A stretch of DNA of 64,000 nt from Azolla caroliniana (lineage: Eukaryota > Plantae > Polypodiophyta): assembly GCA_043228905.1 (NCBI GenBank), contig JBHGNT010000008.1, positions 806,001 through 870,000 of the forward strand. The letters are read 5' to 3'. Positions within the stretch are counted from its first letter, which is position 1, and the number at the start of each line of letters is the position of its first letter. The notes under the pieces were generated by a model, which was not told where the DNA came from, did not search any database, and saw only the letters and a program-made list of their open reading frames with translations. The translations under genes and the position numbers were made by a program. This document shows positions 55,198-64,000 of the stretch, one piece after another.

Positions 55198-55453
55198 AAA
55201 ACATTGGAACCACATGGCAAGGCCCATTCATTCTTCACTACTAATAGTTAGTTACTTCCCCTGCCATATCTATCATATGTATTTTCTTTTCATTGGGCCT
55301 CCAAAAAGAGCAGGTAAGTAAGTGGTAGATAGGATCTTCTTTACTCTCTCTCTCCTGTCTCTACTCTGCTAAAAAGCTTTTAAAGAAGCGAAGAAGAGCC
55401 ATGGAAAACTCTCCTGCCGCCTTCTAAGCTCTATCCATTCACGAGAAGAGAAG

Positions 55454-58350
<2,897 letters not shown>

Positions 58351-59949
58351 ACACGCAAGATCAAAATGAAGAATGCTGGAGATACCGATGATGCCTTCCC
58401 TATCCAAATAGAATGATGTGTTCTTCCAACTTTTACTACTTGAGTAAAACATGAAATTCTAAATGTATATATAAAAATTGTAGATTGAAATATGAGTGGC
58501 TTTTCTTTCCTTCTCTCATTAGAATAGTAGGGTACCACAATAAGGAAGAAGAATAAAAATACAAAGTTAATCAAAATATACATCCAAATGTTAATGGTAG
58601 TTTACATGATATTTTTAATGAAAGCTGTGCATAACATTTTGTTCTCCAATGAGTTGTTATGCCTTGATGGGAATTCATGCTTGCATGATTTCATAGGCTG
58701 ATTTGTGGTACAAATGTGCCACATGGTCTATGCAATTCTTGGCTGATGTGATGTAATTCGCCAAATAATTTCATTTATGGTTTGAACTTATTGTGTTTGA
58801 TTTCCTAATGACAAAGCAAAATCTAACATGACCTCAAATCAAGTCAATGTGAAAGAGAAAAGACCAGGACTTGTCATAGATGGGTCATCATAAACTTGAT
58901 ATTATGTTGATTTGATAATGTGTGGTGGTTATCAATGATTCTAATATATTTAAATGTACTAAATGACATAAAATTTGCACTTTTTTTTTTTTTTTTTTTC
59001 TGAGACAACATTCAATTAAATACAGTAACCATTCAGGTAAGTGTGTGTCCACTTAATTGTGCCATTCTGTTAAGTGCTCTTTTTATAGAGGTCAAAACCG
59101 AATTTGTTTTTTCATTGTTCCATGACAAAATTATATCAAACCAAATTGGAACAATTCTCCAAACATTGAAAAACAACAAAATCATCAACAAATATAAGAT
59201 TTCTAAGTCTTTCTCTATTTCATACCAAATTCATATAAGGTCATTTGTCTACTTTTAACTATACGCTAAGAAATAATGGTAGAATTTGCTTCTTGAATAA
59301 TTCTACGAGCACTCAATAAAGCTGATTTTACTTGCTTTGCTTTTTTTGAACTCAAATAAGTTTACAATTTAGGGTTTAGGGAAGGCAGGATGTGTTGAAG
59401 CTTCGAACTAAGAAATTTAGTTTCATTTTTGACAGAGTATTTAGATTGATTGTGGATTCTACTAGTAATCTTAGGTTTCCTAAAAGGAGGAGTCCAAAAT
59501 TTAGTTTGTGATTTTCTAGTATATGAGTTTTTAGTGTATGGGGAGAAAGGGAAGAGTGAGTTTGTTTTACCTAGCTACATGTACGTGTCATGGGTTGAAG
59601 GTGGCCTATGTAGTAAGAAAAAAAGACGTTTACAAATAAGTCATGCTTAAACCGTCTATTAACTTGTTTCGCACGCCTAGTTGCCTGTTTTTTGGTTTAG
59701 GTTGTGAATTGAACACAAGGGTTTGATAGTATACAAAGTTGGTTTAGTTGGGGGTTGAAGTGTGTTAGGGGAGGATCATGGGGGGTTTATAAGGACTTGA
59801 AGGGTTTTGATTTATTATTGGGACTAGTAGGAGGAACATGGGGGTAGAAATAGGAAAAGGAGAGGGGACATTAGATGAAAATAGGACGGGCGTTATATCC
59901 ATATTCAATGGGAAAAGGGAGGGGGGGTGATTACAAACCAGTTTCACTC

Positions 59950-61110
59950 CTTAATGAGCTCATCAATGTGTAGGTCATATACAATGTAAGAGGGATGCTT
60001 ATAAATTTTTGGGTTGATCTAAAGCATTTAATAACGAGAGAAGACGAGCATTAAGCTTGGAACATGTGCTTGACGCTAATTGGCGGAATGTCCTTAAATC
60101 TAAAAGGGATGTCAAATGTGCAAGATCTCTGATAGTTAATCATTTGTTGATATCTTGGCAAAGTATGTTGGATTTTGTGCAATGGCATGCTCCACAAAGA
60201 AAGGGATGTGCCAATTCATTACAAATGAAGGTTTTGGCGATATCAAGGTTGTTGAGGTGAGAAGGTAAACAACTTCTTAACCTTCAATTTAATTGGATGG
60301 CTAGATTGGGTTTGGTAACAATCAAGGATGCTATGTTGGTGTCACAAAGAAGATTAATAGCATTTCGAACAACAAGATCAACATTTCGTATTCCAACAAG
60401 TTATTCCTTTATTTGTAATAAGTTGTAAGAATTACTATCATTGTATACGCCAAATCTTGATTTAGATGGGAGATCTCAAGAGTTTGATTGGACGTTTGTT
60501 GGAAATAGGAGATTGAATATGATCTCCACAAATGATGCCTAACATAAGTTGATTGACAAACATAAGTGGATGGAAGAAAGGGTTGTAAAGATATGGGTTT
60601 TCATAAGCCCATAACTTATTGGTTTCATGTGATCAAGGCAGGTTGATGTTCTCGGTTGATGCTACGAGCTAAGATATTCCTATGGAGAGTTACGATTGGA
60701 GCTTTACCATTGGGGATTACATATAAAAAAAGAAACATTGCTAGAGGAATGTGTTTCTTTTGTTGGGTGGAAGTGGAACATAGTAGGCATCGATTTGTTT
60801 CATGCATGATGGCTAGGATGGTTTGGAGGTGTATCAATTTAGTATGGATGTCTCTAACTAGAGTAAGCCTATCTTCTTTCAATTGAGTTTTCACACATAT
60901 GGAGAACAATGACCTGATGGCTAATTTCAAAATTATGTTTGAGCTTTTAATGTATTGTGGGCTATGGTTCAATTGGAATATGTGAAATGCCTTCACTTTT
61001 GATTCACAAGTTGGGGTGAGAATTATGTTGTAAAGTTAAAACGACTTCTTTTGTAGCAATTGCGTGCTAGAGATGTCATAAAATCTCAACCATGAAAAGA
61101 GAGAACTAGG
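59950..61110 (+). mobile_element. Degenerate L1-type LINE ORF2 3' part (zf-RVT)
   Basis: KIFLWRVTIGALPLG...GMCFFCWVEVEHSRHRFVSCMMARMVW at 60656-60886. Stops and frameshifts elsewhere. Confidence 0.8.
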
Positions 61111-61129
61111 GAGGGATAGGGTTTGTAAT

Positions 61130-61560
61130 TATAGCGTATTTAATGGAGACCAAGGACATGGATTCAACCCCTACATCACAGACATTTAGTGAATTAAGAG
61201 ATATGTATGTTTGTATGTATGTACGTATGTATGAAGTACATAATAGAGAGGTGAGAAAATTAGGTTTCGAACCCAAGACGTAGGGCTTCTTCTTACATGG
61301 TTTTTCCTTCATCAGAGACATTTAGTGAATTAAGGGATATGTATGTACGTATGTATGAAGTACATAATAGAGAGGTGAGAAAATTAGGTTTCGAACCCAA
61401 GACGTAGGGCTTCCTTCTTACACGGTTTTTCCTTCATCACAGACATTTAGTGAATTAAGGGATATGTATGTACGTATGTATGAAGTACATAATAGAGAGG
61501 TGAGAAAATTAGGTTTCGAACCCAAGACGTAGGGCTTCTTCTTACACGTTTTTTCCTTCG
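61130..61560 (+). repeat. tRNA-related repeat head plus three ~125-135-bp tandem modules
   Basis: aatggagaccaaggacatggattcaacccctacat (61143-61176) matches 31035-31071. Near-identical units start at ~61180, ~61316 and ~61441, each containing taatagagaggtgagaaaattaggtttcgaacccaag. Confidence 0.85.
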
Positions 61561-62020
61561 TTAATACTTTAGGTTCCTGCTATCTTCTTCTTCTTCGTGG
61601 CGGCAGGTGCCTCTGCAGGCAGGCAGGCAGAGGTCCTCTCCTCCTCCTCCTCCTCCTCCTCCTTCGAAGGCCCACCTTCCGATTCAAACCACTGCAGCAG
61701 CAGAAGGAATGACTTGCTACATCCTGCTTAAGATGTTTTTGTTCTAGTAGGATGCATGGTCGGCCGAAATGATGGGAATCATGGATGACAACACTGTTCA
61801 GGAAGATGGTAAACAGGCAGAAGCTTTACTGAGGATTCAGCAGAAGAAGCCGAGGATGCTGCGATTTCTAATAGGACTGAATGTTCCGTGAAGAACTCAC
61901 CACATAAAAGAAGAAGTGTATTTAGTTGCAGCCATAGCTCGCAGGGGAGGATGCCTGATCTTCTTACGCTTCCCTAAATTGGACCCCATAACATGGAGAA
62001 GCTGGTGGCTAACCTTTATC

Positions 62021-62463
62021 TGGATGATTAAGCTGCAGCTAGCTGTACAGAGGCTCCTATCAGATCTTTGAGTTATAATTATGCAGAGGGGCTGGAGCAA
62101 CAACTGCTCCTCATGGTGGATGAAGATCATGAAATACTTGAAGATAGTCGCGAAGATCCTCCAGCTTGGAGATTAGCATGTTAATTAGGAACTTCATGTA
62201 GAACTAACTGGAACTTCATCACCTATATATAAGTTAGAAAATGGTTTAGTTATTGAATCCGTGCAATATATTAATAGACTAGGAAAGCATAAGTTCCTAA
62301 TTCACCTGCTGATCTCTGAGCTGGAGGATCTTTACAACTATCTTAAGTATTTCGTGATCCTCATCAAACATGAAGAGCAGCTGCTGCACCAGCTCCGCTG
62401 CATAATTATCACCAAAAGATGTGATGGGAGCCCTTGCACAGCTAGCTGCAGCTTAATCATCCA
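62021..62463. repeat. Long imperfect inverted repeat (arms 62021-62198 and 62288-62463, ~90-bp spacer); hairpin-RNA/MIRNA candidate
   Basis: Manual alignment gives the outermost 26 bp perfectly complementary, with about 26 substitutions and 2 single-base indels over ~177 bp. Confidence 0.9.
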
Positions 62464-62469
62464 TCGTCT

Positions 62470-63780
62470 TGCCCCTGACAACCTTGTTCATTATAACCCC
62501 CCCACAGGTCAAAATTACAGACTGATATGTATGTACATTTTATGCTTTGAATATTCAATGTTTGGAGGATGCAAGGAGTGGTAATGTCACTGTTGATATA
62601 CATCATGTGTGTCATCAAATTGTTCAATTCCTGGAGGCCATACATTTTCATGGACATCTGGCCGCTATTGAATACATATGGAGCCGCTTCAAACATCCTG
62701 AATATCTCAGGAAACAAAATGAAAGCATTTTCCTTGGGAACCACTCATTAAAGCAGAATGTCCCATTGTTTTTGCATGGTAAGCTACCATTGGTTCACAT
62801 CAAGTCAGCCACAGGAGCACAACTTGAAGAAGAGTAATCCTGTGGTGGCCATGGAAGTATTGCCCTGTGCATATCTATTCACATGGATGATGATGATGAT
62901 GATGATGAAGAAGAAGAAGAAGATGATGATGATATGAAACGTGCATCTGTTTTGATATGGACCAGCTCCAACGAGAAGCTTAGAATCAGTCCTCGCTGTT
63001 GTGACCTCTGCTGCAGCTCCAACTAGAATAAATATAACTGTAAACAAAATATTTATATGGGCAGCAAGAAGAGCAGTAGTTGCATCATCTGCGTTGCGGT
63101 GGAGGTGATGATCTTGGAGAGAGGAGCAGCAAGAAGCAATGTACTGGTTCTGGAAATGACAGTTGAGGTTTTTCATAATATGATCTTGTTTTAATGAAGC
63201 CCAAATATCTTAGAAGTATAGGCGAGTCCAGCTTGCGGAAAGGACAAACTGTTGTGATAAATTATGTCGACGATGTTGATTCTCATCATAAAGCGGGTGA
63301 TTGACATCTACAAAGAGTTCTTCCATGAGTGTGGAAGCTGCCATGAAAGACCACTAGAGTCATGAAGTGGTGGGGAGACGTAAAATCATGTTTTCTCATT
63401 GCAAGAATGGCAGAGTATTGTTTCTAAGAACTAGATGTGCCATAAGCATCAGCATGACTCCTCCTCTAAAGTAGGGCATTTTGTACATGAAGATACTTCA
63501 TGTCAATGGGCTGAGCAAATCTAGTGTCCCGCACAGGTCATGGATGCGCTTGCCTCCAAGTCCACCATGGCATCTCTACGCGTTAAATGTGAATCTTGAC
63601 TCTTGCTATTTCAACAACTGTACCTGAGACTGGTGGTGCCATGACTTGCCTTACAAGAATTCTGCGACTTTATTGGTTTGGTATGATCCTCTCTGTTTGT
63701 TTCCAGCAGGAGCTCCAATGAGAATAATTATATGAGCAGCAAGAAGCATTAACCAACAAGAGTTGCTCCTCGGGCTTGGA
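62470..63780 (-). pseudogene. Possible decayed protein-coding sequence of unknown family
   Basis: Coding-like composition with short broken frames and an internal duplicated motif (63011-63072 vs 63703-63747). No recognisable domain. Confidence 0.3.
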
Positions 63781-64000
63781 ATCCTTCACTTGACATGGTA
63801 AAGTTCTTGCCCCTCTAATCTTTATACCATACATGCTGTCAAATCAAATTCATATAAAGTGCCCTTAAGCTTCCATTTTTCCCTCCTAAATGTTGAATCT
63901 TGATTCATTTGTTTTGGCTTAAATCCTAATTTCCTTTTCTCTGATGTCGATCTCATGTTTTTCTCTAGAATATAAACTTCAATTCATTTGTTTTTCCTGA

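Noticed and set aside
61180-61560. Regularly spaced repeats as a CRISPR-like array
   Set aside because: Whole units are duplicated with no unique spacers, the context is eukaryotic, and there are no cas-like ORFs.
62021-62463. Hairpin as a conserved miRNA (miR156/159/319/160/166/167/171/390/408/529/535/536)
   Set aside because: I could not find any of these mature sequences in either arm by eye. A miRBase search is still needed.

Overview
Eukaryotic nuclear DNA from a land plant. It is AT-rich, with GT-AG introns and many microsatellites. A seed-free vascular plant such as a fern is my guess from protein divergence and repeat style, not something the sequence proves. Seven protein genes could be assembled by hand: a polyamine uptake transporter (PUT/RMV1/LAT family, -), a DGK5-type diacylglycerol kinase (+, 12 coding exons), a CDF-type Dof transcription factor (-, 2 exons), an organellar Era-like GTPase (-, 9 exons), AMP deaminase (+, 19 coding exons, one GC-AG intron), a small divergent HHL1-like plastid protein (+) and a cyclase-like/kynurenine formamidase protein (+, 6 exons). 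Between them lie LINE remnants (L1 zf-RVT and RTE-like), Copia, Gypsy and LTR remnants, and short tandem duplications. The most unusual items are: (1) an inverted duplication with ~177-bp arms at 62021-62463, a candidate hairpin RNA or young MIRNA locus; (2) a tRNA-related repeat family at three loci, carrying two convergent B-box-like modules, one of which is tandemly amplified; (3) a degenerate mitochondrial-type trnK(UUU); (4) a possible splice-controlled uORF or N-terminal extension upstream of the polyamine transporter. All family assignments come from motif recognition by eye; no searches were run.
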